Origin: Azolla caroliniana
Taxonomy: Eukaryota > Plantae > Polypodiophyta
Assembly: GCA_043228905.1 (NCBI GenBank)
Contig: JBHGNT010000005.1
Span: 9,114,001-9,178,000 of the forward strand
Reading direction: 5' to 3'
DNA: 64,000 nucleotides
This document shows, piece after piece, positions 38,901-51,909 of the stretch. Below the pieces are notes generated by a model. It saw only the letters and a program-made list of their open reading frames with translations, had not been told where the DNA came from and made no database searches. Every line of letters begins with the position of its first letter. Positions within the stretch are counted from its first letter, which is position 1. The position numbers and the translations under genes are program-made.

Positions 38901-39388
38901 TGCCGATGGAACGTACGATCTCCTCGTGGGCAACCGTGGACTGGAGAGACGAGATGAGCCGGGAGGAACTGCTGGCGGCGCGTATACGACAGCTCGAGCG
39001 AAGACCGGAGGACGTGGAGCAGGCTACGGAAAAGCTTTGGGAAGCAAGGATGAGGAACAAAGCCCGGTTTGACCGAACACACCGGCTCCGACCGAAGAAG
39101 ATCGAGGAAGGCGACTGGGTGCTAGTCTACGACAGCAGCCTCGACAACCAGCACCGAGTGACACGGAAGTTCGCAAGAAGGTGGTTCGGGCCTTACGTGG
39201 TACAAAGCGCCAACGACAACGGGACGTACCATCTGGCGGACCTCGACGGCACGAGAATGGCGATACCGGTAGCTGGGAAGCGGATCAAAGCGTTCAAGAA
39301 GCGTCACGACGACGAGCCGGATCCGGTTGACCTGGACCGCGACGACGAACGATCCGAAACCGAAGAAGAACCGACGGGCAGAGAATGA
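35916..39388 (+). pseudogene. pol: D3 pol (one frameshift at ~37378)
   Basis: ORFs 36030-37430 and 37364-39388 are colinear with D1 pol. Confidence 0.92.
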
Positions 39389-42300
39389 AGGCTGGACCGG
39401 TTTTCTCCGTCCCAACACAATTTGGCGCATGCCGGTGGATGCGCGGTTAGGTGGGGGCGGATGTCGTGAAGAAAACCGTCCACAAGCGGAATCGGTGCAC
39501 CGGGGCGTAGGAACCGGCTCTTCATGCACGTGCGCCTTATGTTGTACATAGGAGATCCTAGGCAGGCAGATTTGGTAGGTGGGAAGTAAAGGGGAAACGG
39601 CTCCTTCCTTGCCTATAAAAGGAGGGAGACGAGGAGGAGGAAGGGATCGCGGAGAGTCGAGGAGGAAGTGCTGTCGGTTTGGGTGCGAAGGCTTCTCTCT
39701 CTCTCGGGCTCGCAAACTCCATAGCTTCTTTCTGTGCAGGCTTCGGGAGGCTCGCGCTGCTCTGAGGAATGCCCGAGTGCTTCCGGCAGCACCTCCAACC
39801 AGCTCCTTTCTTCCTGTACGTTTACGAACAGGCATCGGCATCTGTTCGCCGGCCTGTTCGGTTGTAACTGCTTTCGTGTTCTTGTTGTTGTCTTTGTTAA
39901 TACATACATACCTTCGTGTCTCTCTGTGTCGCTGTCCTACTCGCGTCTTTGTGTCGAAGGGCCATGTCCCTGTGAATCTACGCTCGCATGTGGTGGGTCT
40001 CTTCTCTTTTCTCTCTTGCTCTTCGGTACAGGACCCCTGAGGTCCCGCCTCATTCCACGCATCCGCGAGGAATACCTCGACAACGTAACGGTAGACACGA
40101 GTCCGACCGGGATCGGATGGGTCGTCAACCAAGAGGACGAGGACGACATGCGTTCCCCGATCCGGTTCGGCATGAAGGTCCTCAGCGAGCGACAACGAGG
40201 ATACGCCCAGGTTAAACGCGAGCTCTGGGGTATCGTTTCGGCGGTAAAGGCCGATAAAGACTACCTGATCGGGACAGAGGTAATTATCGAGACGAACTGC
40301 TTGTCGATCCTTGGCATGGTTTCCGGATGCTTGACACCGGACCTGGCAATGCTCAGGTGGATAGCGTACATCAAGTCCCTGAATCCGGAAATACGACACA
40401 TTTCCGGGAAAGACAATGCCATGGCCGACATGCTTTCAAGGGCGAGGTTCGAAAACGACGACGGCATGGTTTCAGAAGACGAGGAAGTCGGCGTGGACTT
40501 CTTCGAGGCGGCTAACGTAACAACTGGCAGGGAATGCTCTCCAATGCTTAACGATTTCGACGAGAGCAAGTACGACGGGGAATGGCTGCAGATCGGCGGG
40601 TTCCTGAAAACAATGACACCAGACGCGGCATGGACAATGGACGAGGCCAACCGGATTCGAAAGAAAGTCTACCGATTCTTTCTCCGGGACGGATACATAT
40701 GGAAGCACCTGAAGAAGAGGAACGACATCCCGCTCCGAGTGGTGGCGAAGAAGGAGGAACAGGAGGATTTGCTGGCGGCGTACCACGATAGCCCGTGGGC
40801 TAGACACCGTGGAACGTGGGCCACGTTTGAAAAGCTAAAGGGGAAGTACTGGTGGCCGGGACTATACCGGGACGTGCATCGGTTCGTGACGACTTGCGAA
40901 AGCTGTTAGGTGCACTCCATGATCCGACATCGGGACGAGCTTCACCCGACCTACCCTCCGACCGTCCACTTCAAGTGGATGGTGGATTTGGTGACGATGC
41001 CAATGGGGGTAGGACAGATGCGGTATCTGGTGCTGGCTTGGGAAGATCTAACGAACCAGGTTGAAGGCTGAGCCCTGCAGAACAAGACGATGTCAGCCGT
41101 GTGCCGGTTTTTGATTGAGGACGTAGTATGCCGATACGGGTGCGTTGGGAAGATCGTGGCTGACCGTGGTGAGTTGGATGCAGAAGAGGCCGAAGAGCTG
41201 TTCGACCAGCTAGGAGTCAAACTTTCGCTCATCACAGCGTACAATCTGGAGGCGAACGGGAAGGTGGAGCGCGTACACGGGCCAATGGTCAAAGCGCTAG
41301 TACGGGCGTGCGGAGGCCAAGTCGGGGACTGGCCACGGCTGCTACCTTATGCCTTGTGGGCGGACCGGACTACGCATAGTTCGGTAACCGGGTTCATCTG
41401 GCCGAGCTTATGTTCGGACAGAAGCCGATCATGCCAACAGAGCGAACAATCTCCTCGTGGGCCACGGTGGACTGGAGGGATGAGATGAGCCGGGAGGACC
41501 TGTTGGCGGCGCGGATTCGACAGCTCGAACGGAGGCCGGAGGACGTAGAGTGAGCCGCAGAGAAACTTCGGGTAGCGAGGATAAGGAACAAGGCCCGGTT
41601 CCACCGAACACATCGGTTCAGGCCAAGGAAGATCGAGGAAGGCGACTGGGTGCTAGTCTACGACAACAGCCTCGACAATCAGCACAGGGCCACGCGGAAG
41701 TTTGCGAGGAGGTGGTTCGGGCCTTACGTAGTAACAGGCGCCAACGACAATGGGACGTACCATCTCGCGAAGCTCGACGATACGAGAATGACGATACCGG
41801 TAGCGGGGAAGAGGATCAAAGTGTTCAAGAAACGGCACGACGGGGAGCCGGAGCTAGGGGGCATGGACAACGACGACGAGCAGCCCGAGGCGGAGGATGA
41901 ACCAGTAAACGAGGAATAAAAGCAAGGATCGGTTTTCTCCTGTAGGAACCCAATTTTGGCGCATACCGGTGGATGCGCGGTTAGGTGGGGGCGGATGTCG
42001 TGAAGAAAACCGTCCCCAGGCGCAAACCGTGTATAATGTGTGTGAACCGGCCCTTACACGTGGGCACGTCCCTTGTCATAAAGTAGATAGGTAGGCGCAA
42101 GGGTTAAATCCTAGGTGGCAATATTCTATAGGGGAAATCGAGGAGTATCTCTGTCCGGAAGGACATAGAATTAATGTGATGTAAACGGGTGAAACGGCCT
42201 CCCTCCTTGAGCTATAAAAGAGAGGGAGACGGGGGAGAGAGGACATCGCGTGCGAGAAGGAACGAAGTGCTGTCGGACTGGGACCGAGCTCTTCTTCTCT

Positions 42301-42700
42301 GTCGTTCCCCATAGCTTTCTTTTGCGCAGGTTCTCAGGAGGCTGATTCTGCTTCGTGGAACGCCCGTGTGCTTCCGCCAGAATCTCCATCTTGCTCTCCT
42401 GTGTGCGTGGGTGATCAGGCGTCGACATCCACCTCGCCGACCTGATCGGCTGTAACCGTTCGAGTCGTCTGCATACATACAAATACATGCATATATTTAC
42501 ATACATACTCTAGTGTTCTCAACTCGCGTCTCCGGTGTTGTTGTGCCGCGTCCCCGTGCGCTTCTTTGTCTATACGTGAGTGAGCGTCTCTCTCTCTCTC
42601 TCTCTCTCTCTCTTTTCCCTCACCTATTCCTCGGTCTAAGACCCCAGTGGTGTCGCCTTGTTCTCCACGCACGCGCATAACAACGCGACACCGTAGACCG

Positions 42701-43663
42701 CCAACACCTTCCATCACTTGGGTCTCACGTTGGTTCTTGGACGCAACTGCCCAAGTCTCTAGAGCATGTGTGGAGAAAATCCGACCATGGTCGTTGTCGA
42801 CACTTGTTATCTTGTTCATAGTCACCTCCTCGATGTCATCTTTAGCGGCTAGATCCTCAATTACACTAGCCTCGCACTCTTTATCTCCACTGATGCAAGC
42901 TTCGATTTGGCTTGTTCCATCATCCGTTGTTTCGAACTTGACGCATGTTTCGAAACATTCGACCTCCTTTGAAATGGCCGTTATCATCCTCGAGTCATCA
43001 TCAATCTTCTTTTCATGTTGGATGCATTGTTTAGGCGCCTCGACTTCTTTCAAGTCCCCAACTGTCGTCTATCCTTCATGTCCACAACTTTCAAGAAGTA
43101 CAAAGCCTTTTCCTCCTCAAGTAGCACTTGGTCCATGGCGGGGAGATGACAAAACATTTGGTTGAACTCATTGTACACCCTTGAGGCGCTCATCTTCTTA
43201 TTTTTCTTCTCGATCCACCTCATCAAGACATGTCGAGTCATCCTCGACAAGTCTTCTGTTGTGAACTCCGCTAATATCGCTTTCTCGAATTCCCTTCTTG
43301 TCGTTGTCTTCCCTTCTTGAAGCTCGATGATGCGTCTTTGGATGTTGTTGGAAACAACTCTCTTGAAGCTTGTGATTTGACGTGCTTCGGACACGTCCCT
43401 TTGATTCATCTCCCTTCTATATGCATCAAGGAACTTCGTAATGTTCCTTCCGTCAAATTGACCCTCGACCTAACCGACACGGTATTGTTGTCTCGAGATC
43501 TCATCATTGTTGCCTTCTCCACGCTCGCATTGTTGTCTCGAGATCTCATCATTTGTTCGACGATCAACATCATCCTTTCGAACTCTCCCGCTTGGTTGCT
43601 TGAGGATGCCATCTCCAAGTATCGGTTGATCATCGATTTGATCCTTCCTGCCGCCTCTTTCAC
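42701..43663 (-). pseudogene. C gag-like ORF, 5' part
   Basis: ITSFKRVV, EFNQMFCHL, ALYFLKVVD align with F and D gag. LETWAVASKNQRET repeat present. Confidence 0.75.
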
Positions 43664-43684
43664 GTTGGGTTCACCACTTAATTA

Positions 43685-44870
43685 TGTCGTGAAGATCTGT
43701 CACTAGGCGCGGATCGTGAGGCGGAACCACCGGGGTTCTGGACCAGAAGGATTCGAAGTTTGCATTAACTTTAGCGAGAAAGGATTTAAGATAGATTAAA
43801 AGAGAGAGAGATTTAAACGCTTCACTTTGGGTCGAGAAAGATTGATATTGCATGAGAGAGATAGAGAGAGATTAAGATTGGACCCTTGACTTTAGATTTA
43901 AGAAACAAGATACACCATCAATTGGAGAACGAATTTTCTTCTTCTTAAATTCTTGAATAATACATAGCATCCTTTCGATCTTTTTCATCCACCCTTTTAT
44001 AGATGCTCCCATGCATATGATGCATGTGAGGGTACAAGACATGCATACAATGCATGGAATGCATGTGATGCATGTTTGCCATTTGGTGCTCATGCATCAC
44101 ATGTCACTCAATCAAGCTCTAATATGAGAATTTACATGTAAAACTATAATGATAGGAGAAACATTTTTAAGGAAATGACATAGTCTAGTGGTAAGTCTAT
44201 TGCCTCCTATCTTAGAGGTGCAAAGTTTGAGTCTTGCTTAAGTCTTTTTCTTTTATGCACAAAATACTATTAGGCTTTTGGACCAAATATCTTTAAGACA
44301 TTATGCACCGCAATCAACTGACCTGACCAATTCGCCTGCTTTGCATCCGTTTGGTCCGGCCTAGTCCACATCCTGAGTCGCTTGTCGGTCACCGGCAGGT
44401 CGCCAGATGTCGGTTGCTGGTTCCGCCGGATCACCGGCTCCGTCGCCGGTTGCCGCCGGTTTTGGTTGGCCAAAACCTTTACATATAGCTAGACCACACC
44501 CACTCATCCAATTAACTTAGTTCAAGTCACCTTAAACTCTCTATGCTCCATACATAGACACAAAGATAATAGCTTTTGCTCTGCCTTATATAAGGTGAGA
44601 TCCTTATTTGTCTTGTCTATGTGGTATATCTCACAATTTTATCTTTCTCTTTTCCTTTGCAAACTTCCTACCCACATAACTTGAGACTTAGATGTCTGTT
44701 TGTTATGTAGTAAAGTGCATTCGAAAGCTCTTGAAGACCTCCATCTTTTTGTACCGAGATATTAAACTTATCTAAAATAGTATTTTCACTATTTATTGTT
44801 TTATATGATTCATAGTCGATTTTGTATGTTTTATGCGATTTTCACACCATTGCCGAAAATCTTCACGACA
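43685..44870 (-). repeat. C 5' LTR
   Basis: TGTCGTGAAG...CTTCACGACA inverted termini. Trp PBS follows on the minus strand. Confidence 0.88.
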
Positions 44871-47800
44871 CCAGAAGAACCGGGAGTCCGGAACCGATTC
44901 GAAGGCCTTGGTCACGGAAGATGACCACAATCAGGGATGAGGCCGGTATCGGAGTCCCCAAAACCGGGACAAATCGGGGCGAGGTCGAAGTAAAGGGGGA
45001 GGCCTACTTGCTTCTACTGTGGGAAGCTGGGGCATTTCCATAAGAATTGTCGGCATTTCCGGAAAGAGAAGGAAATCGGCATCACCGATTCGAAGAAAAG
45101 TTCGGACCGAAACGGTTCGGACCGGAGAGGCCCGAATCAGAAAGGAACATCGACGATCGCAACAAGTGAAGAGGAACTGATGCTCATCACCGAAGAGAAT
45201 GAGTTAAACCTTGTTGGCGACGAGACAACGTGGGTTGTCAATTCCAGAGCATCGTTCCACCTGACACTGGATCGGAAATGCTTCTCATCCTACACAGCCG
45301 GTGATCACGGTTGTGTCCGGATGGGGAATGAAGGTACATGCCAAATTGTCGGCATAGGAGATGTGTCGTTGACAACATCAACCGGATGCAAGTTGCTGTT
45401 GAAGGATGTCCAACACGTTCCGGAGGTTCGACTGAACCTGATATCATCCGGTCGGTTAGATGATGAAGGCTACACGGGTAGCATCTGGAATGGAGTCATG
45501 AAGTTCAGCAAAGGAAGCCTGATTGAGGCTAGAGCCTGGAAGCTCAACACGTTGTATCTGATGCATGCCCATATATGCCGGGAAGAAGTGAACGTTACAT
45601 CCGACACTACCGGTGAACTGTGGCACAAGACACTGTGTCACATGAGTGAGAAGGGGATGAAGAGACTTGCCGAAGACAATCTCATTCCGGTGAAGGACGT
45701 GCAACTTGAGAAGTGCACCGATTATCTTGCCGGCAAGCAAAACCGAACCTCTTTCCGGTCAAGACCACTGATGAGATGGGATGCACCATTGGATCTTGTG
45801 CATACCGATGTGTGTCAAGTGGACACGAAGTCATATGCCAGATCGCAATACTTCGTGACATTTATAGATGACCACAACCGGAAGCTGTGGGTTTCACTGC
45901 TGAAGACGAAGGATCAGGTGCTATCCGTTTTCAAGGAACTCCACGCGGGAGTGGAAAGAGAAACCGGCTGGAAGCTGAAAGCGGTTCGAGCAGATAACGG
46001 AGGAGAATACTGGGGGCAGTTCGAGGAGTATAGTACTGGTCGAAGGGAATCCGATTCGAGTTTACTGTGCCGAAGATGCAGGAACTAAACGGGTTGGCCG
46101 AAAGGATGAACCATACCATAATGGAGAGAGTCCGGAGCATGCTAGCACATGCCAAGTTACTCAAGACGTTTTGGGTTGAGGCGCTAATGATGACAACCTA
46201 TGTGATAAACATATCACCCTCAGTACCCTTGGACGGAGACTGACCATAAAAAGTATGGACCAGTAAGGATGTGTCTTACTGACATCTGAAGGTGTTGGGA
46301 TGTCTCGCATACGTGCATGTCGCGAAGGATAAGAGAGCTAAGCTGGATCCGAAGTCCCAACCATGCATATTCCTTGGATATGGCGACAATGAGTTCGGTT
46401 ACCGGGTGTGGGATCTGGTCGACAAGAAGGTGTTTCGGAGTCGGGACATAGTCTTCATGGAAGACAAGACCATTGCCGACTGGGAGTCAGAGAAGAAGGT
46501 GACGAACTCCGGATCATCCAATGAAAACTGGCTTGAGGAAAAAAGGATATACCCGGATGAAAACCAGATGTTAGTTGGTAACCAGATGACCCTCGACAAA
46601 CTGGCTAGATACGGACAAGAAACTGAACCAGCCGGAGAAGGAGAAGAAGAAGGAGACATCGGAACCAGTCAATATCCCAAATCAGATTCGGATTCGGAAC
46701 AAAGGGAGGAACCGGTAGTCAGAAACCAAGGACGGAGATATCCTCTCCGAGAGAGAAGAGCCCCCCGGAGATTTCTGGATGTAGAGCATGTGTTGCTAAC
46801 CGATGAGGGGGAGCCGGAAAGCTTCGAAGAATAAAAGAGAGACACCCACAACTGTAAGTGCTTGAGTGCCATGCAGGACGAGATGGATTCCCTACATGAG
46901 AACCACATGTATGAACTGACGGAGTTGCCTAAAGTGAAGAGAGCACTCCGGAACAAGTGGGTGTACAAGCTAAACCTGGGAGACGCCGGAAATCCACCAA
47001 GGTACAAAGCCTAGATCATGGTGAAGGGTTTCTAGCAGAAGAAAGGAGTAGATTTCGACGAGATCTTTGCCCCAGTAGTTAAGATGACTTCCATTTGGAC
47101 AATGCTGAGCATAGCGGCAAGCATGAACCTCGAGGTAGAGAAACTAGACGTCAAGACGACGTTCCTCCATGGTGACCTCGAAGAGGAGATCTACATGCAG
47201 CAACCGGAAGGATTTGAGAAGAAAGGGAAGGAGGTGTGCCGGCTGAAGAAGAGCTTATACTGACTGAAGCAAGCTCCCCGAAAATGGTACCGGAAGTTTG
47301 ACTCTGTCATGACCGATCAAGGGTACCACAAAACGCAAGCCGATCACTGCGTGTTTGTGAAGAAATTTGATGGAGGAGACTTCTTGATACTACTCCTGTA
47401 CATGGATGACATGCTGATCGTCGGACAAGACCAAGTCAAGATACGGATGCTGAAGAAGGCTTTGAACCGGACCTTCTCAATGAAAGACTTGGGTCCGGCA
47501 AGACAGATATTGGGGATGCATATCATCCGGAACTGGTTGAAGAAGCTGTTGTGGTTGTCACAGGAGAAGTACGTGACAAAGGTGCTTCAACGTTTCAACA
47601 TGTCGGATGCGAAACCGGTTGGATTGACACTTCCGGCAAACTGCAAGCTATCCGGAAGACAAAGTCCGAGGACAAAGGCAGAGAAGACGGATATAACGAA
47701 GATACCATATGCCTCTGTCGTCGGGAGCTTGATGTACGCAATGGTGTGTACCCAGTTGGATATTGGATATGCAGTCGGAGTGGTGGGCTGGTTCATGAGC

Positions 47801-48378
47801 AATCCCGGTAGAGAGCATTGGAATGTGGTCAAGTGGATACTCTGGTATCTGAAAGGCACTTCGAGTATGTGCCTCCGGTTCGTCTCCGGTAATCCCCAAC
47901 TTGATGGATTCACGGATTCGGATATGTCGGCCGATGCGGATACCAGCTAGTCGACATCCGGATATGTCATGACCTATGTGGGGGGAGCTGTATCATGGTA
48001 GTTGAGGCTGCAGAAGACCGTTGCACCGTCGACAACGGAAGCAGAGTACATGGCAGGTGTAGAAGTCGGCAAGGAGATAATCTGGATGAAGGACTTCATC
48101 AGAGAGTTAGGAATTCAATAGGAAGAATACTGGCTCTATTGCGACAGTAAAAGTGCCATCCACCTTGCAAAGAACGCGGCCTACCATTCCCGGGCGAAAC
48201 ATATCTAGCAAAGGTACCAGTGGATCCGGGAGAGAGAGTAGAAGATCAAGAGTTCGTACTGACGAAGATCTACACGGAGGAGAACGGGTCGGACATGCTG
48301 ACCAAGGTGTTGACAACCGACAAGCTGGACGCATGCCAAAAGCGGATCGGGCTGGTGAGACATCCCATGCCAGACTAA
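44871..48378 (+). pseudogene. Copia A gag C-terminus and pol (PR-IN-RT-RH)
   Basis: CFYCGKLGH, LVHTDVC, ADNGGEY, LDVKTTFLHG, LYMDDML, STTEAEY, DMLTK. Confidence 0.9.
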
Positions 48379-48388
48379 AGGGGGAGAT

Positions 48389-48600
48389 TGTTGGGAAATC
48401 AGTCCTTCCGGATGGGATCCAACTATGAATGGAGAAGACCCGGTGAGAACCAGAAGTGAAGATAGATGTGTAAATATGTCTTGAATAAGCCCATTGAGGC
48501 TATATTTGTAAATAGACCTAAGTTTATATAACTATAAATATGACTTAGCGCAATCACTTTAGGAGAGATTGTGTGTGTTGCATATTGTCGTAACTGTTGT

Positions 48601-48641
<41 letters not shown>

Positions 48642-48906
48642 GTGAGTGAGAGTAGCTACGAGCACTCTCTGTTGTAACCGCTGTAGCGAAGATTGAGAGC
48701 ATGAGGTCGTTGCCTCTGTGCCTCCACTTTGTATTTTCCTCTCTTCATAGTGATAGTTCGGAGTCTGTGGGCTCCTGTGGTTTTTCCCTATTAGGGTTTT
48801 TCACGTAAACATCCTGTGTCATTTTTCTGTGTACTCTCCTTCATTCCCATTTCTGTGATTCAAGACTCGGTTGTGGCCGAGCAATATTCCGCGCTAATCC
48901 TCTACA
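48389..48906 (+). repeat. Copia A 3' LTR
   Basis: Preceded by the PPT and followed by TSD TTTTG. Confidence 0.93.
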
Positions 48907-49454
48907 TTTTGCTCCACTAAGCCATTCCAAAAGTTTCGAGATTAATGGTAGAGCATATCTATTCCGGATAGTCACTTTGTTTAACCCTTGATAATCCACG
49001 ACCAATAGAAGAGACCCATTTTTTTTCTTAACGAAAAAGATGGGCGCACTAGCAGGGGATCTGGAATGCCCGATGAATCCATTTGCCAAATTCTCATCGA
49101 TATATTCCCAAAGAGTCTCTAACTCTACAAGTGAGAGATTATAAATTGGCCCCCATGGAGGCTCTTTCCCTTGGTGCAAATTAATAGGGCAGTCGTATGG
49201 TCGTTGCTTTGGCAATGTATTGACCTTCACCTTATCAAAGACATCTAAGAATTCTTTGTATTTCTCTAGTAGGCGGATGTTCAACTTCTATAAGATGGAT
49301 GATGGAGTTGCTAATATTGCGAATATGAACATCTCCTCGTTCCCTCCTTCCTTACGTAATTGACGTACAGAGATGGTCGATATCTTATGGGATCCAATAT
49401 CTAATGTCAGAGATTTGAGGGATGCAAGTTCTGTTCTTTTTTTCTGAGACTCCT
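48907..49454 (-). pseudogene. Chromovirus-like (Tcn1-type) gypsy K pol fragment
   Basis: PPWGPIYNLS..EYIDENLANGFI..SPASAPIFFVKKK.GSL..VDYQGLNKVTIRNRYALPLI. Confidence 0.82.
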
Positions 49455-51909
49455 TGTTGAGCAGACAAGCTCAACCAGATCTGGATCGCTTGAATAAGCC
49501 GGAGCTGGATCAATATCTGGAAGAGAGAACCGGATAGGTATCCGGATCGGTGTCCGGAACCAAGAGACGGATCAGATTGTAACTGATAGGACGTTAGAGA
49601 CCTACAATCTTAGCCTAGTATGGTAGGCATATTTCTTAGAGTTAGTGTCAGTCGCTGGTATGAGCATTGAAGTACTTGTCAGTACTTCTGTTAGTTCTTT
49701 TAAGGACTTGTATAAAAAGTGTTCTGTAGGACATTTGTATGTATAGAGTGTATTATTGTTTAATTAAGTTTATGCTATTATGCTCTCTCTGTCTCTCCCG
49801 TGTATTCTTTGTTCTAAAGAATCCATTGAACCTATGCTTACTCTCTGTTACTATCCGGTGAAGCCGGTAAAGAACAGAAGAGAAAAGAAAGATATGGACA
49901 GAAGCATGACAAGCTCTCCTCCTACAAAAAAGCTCGACCGGAGCAACTATGCGTCCTTGTTGTATAAAATGCACCAGTACCTGCTGGGGCACGGATATTG
50001 GAGCTACGTGGAAGGAGCAAATGAAGCAATGCTGGATTCGGCACATGAGGACTTCTTGGTATGGGAGCAAGGAACGAGCAAAGTGTTGTACTGCCTCACG
50101 TTCTGTGTGCACGACTAGATGCTTGGCTACATAAGAGACACAAAGTCACGGTAGTAGGCTTGGGAAAATCTCTGGAAGATTTTCGCCGTAAGTACCACAA
50201 CTCGGAAGTTGCAGCTCCACCAAGAGCTCAATAGTATTTGACAACGGGACATGTCAGTCACTGACTACACATCAAGATCAAGGAGATCTGCGACATGCTC
50301 GGGTCCATGAATGTGATGGTGGATGAAGACGAGATGGTCCAGATCTGCCTTAGTGGTCTAGCACAATGGTATAGGCCAATCCGGACAACAATTTGCACTC
50401 GGGAGAAGCCATCGTCCTTCTTTGACTTGCAATCGATGCTTATGGTCGAAGAAAACCACGCGAGTGGGTCAAGGACCACTCAACCGGACAACTGGATGCT
50501 ATACATGGAGGCAAATCGGGCCCGTGGGCGTGGAGGACGAGGTGGGTCGGCACACAATAGCAATGACTGGCAAGAGCAGAATCTGAGGCACAAAGATGGT
50601 GCCGATAGCCGTTCCACACCCTCCACAAATAGGGGGAGTCAAAGTGGCACCGGAAACCGGCAAGGGAAGGTCGAGCAGGAATGCCGGCAAGAAAGGCCAC
50701 CGAGTGAAGAATTACTATAAGAAGAGCGCTGATTTGGACAAATCCAGATCCGGTAAGGCTGAACAAGGAAACTGGCAAAGCTTGCACTACGCAGAAGGAT
50801 CCGAAACCGGAAAGACCGAAAAAGGGCCAACCATCGTGATGAAGCACAAGGCAAACTAAATGAAGAAGACCACTTCCAGGTTGGAGGAAGTGTGGTACGT
50901 TGACTCCAGAGCATCTAACCACATGACAAGCCATGAAGAATGGTTCTCATTTCTGGAAAAGCCAGAGCAACCGGGAGTTGTCGAAACCAGAGACGACACT
51001 CCTCACCCAATAGTGCATGTCAGAGAAATCCCCTTGAGTCATGTCGGATAACAAGGGAAGCTTATGAACGTGCATCACATTGTCACGTTGCTACACGCGT
51101 GCGTGTGGAAGGGGCGGGACCACGGGGATCTCGGATGAGGGAGAAAGGGAGTTTAGGAAACTAACTCCGGACACTTACTGGAGGCTACCGAACACGAGAG
51201 AGAGAGAGAGAGATTGCGCGCAACACCGACTCTTATGTGCAAAAACCAAAAGGGGTAGAAACACCCGACACCATTAGAGACGCCGAAGTGCACAGCCAAA
51301 CAAATATATATATATTACAAGAGAAGATTACAACCCCGGTTCCGAGCTAGGCCAAGGTAGGTTACAACAGCAGTCAGCTGCCAAGCCGCCGATCGGGGAG
51401 CTCACGGGCTTGTCGCGCCAAGCGGGGTCTTGCACAGGAGATAAGCAGAAGCAAACCCTAAATAAACACGTGTTGACCGGTTAGAAGAGCAAGGACAAGT
51501 GGGAAGGCGGAGTCGTCGGATAATAGGAAGTAAATAATAGTATAATTATTATTCGGAGGGACGGATCCGGTACAGTTGTACCGATCCGGATCCGGACCGA
51601 TTCGGATGCCGGTTGCCTAAGCACACCGATTGTAACCTTGCCGGATGCCTATAAAAGGATCTGATGATTTGTAAAGGCTTTACGAAAGTAATACAAAAGT
51701 AATTATTGCGTGTTTATCTGTATCTTTGTATTGTTTTACCGTCTGTGCTTAATTGTAATCATCTTACGCGTGTAACCTAGCATCCAATCCTTACCACCCC
51801 TTTGGAGAAGTGTCGGATAGACACCTGTGTTGAGGCTAGTCCGTCCAGGCAGACAACACTATTTTGGCGACCACGATTCCTGCAAAGTGTAGAGGACAAC
51901 CGGGGATGG

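Larger units (their letters stand above)
33162..40082 (+). mobile_element. Ty3/gypsy element D3
   Basis: LTRs 33162-33755 and 39462-40082 (27-bp indel), TSD ACGT, PBS 33759-33776, PPT 39450-39461. Confidence 0.95.
31518..41919 (+). pseudogene. pol: D2 pol, split by D3 (31518-33161 plus 40083-41919)
   Basis: TPIYV|TVDTSPTG rejoins across the ACGT TSD. Confidence 0.9.
28351..42690 (+). mobile_element. Ty3/gypsy element D2 (contains D3)
   Basis: LTRs 28351-29370 and 41996-42690, TSD CCGT, Trp PBS 29375-29392, PPT 41984-41995. Confidence 0.93.
7814..42700 (+). mobile_element. Non-chromovirus Ty3/gypsy element E with an extra 3' ORF
   Basis: 5' LTR 7814-7891 plus 11369-11739; 3' LTR 27926-28350 plus 42691-42700; PBS-like 11744-11757; order gag-PR-RT-RH-IN. 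Confidence 0.88.
6219..44870 (-). mobile_element. Non-autonomous gag-only gypsy element C (tRNA-Trp PBS)
   Basis: LTRs 43685-44870 and 6219-6985 (partial), PBS 43659-43676, PPT 6986-6996. Internal remnants are gag-like and no pol is seen. Confidence 0.8.
333..48906 (+). mobile_element. Ty1/copia element A (Tnt1/Tork-like), host of ~43.5 kb of nested insertions
   Basis: LTR pair TG...CA, TSD TTTTG (328-332 and 48907-48911), iMet PBS, PPT AAAGGGGGAGAT, domain order gag-PR-IN-RT-RH. Confidence 0.93.

Noticed and set aside
39734-40909. 391-aa ORF
   Set aside because: D3 3' LTR fortuitously in frame with the resumed D2 RNase H.
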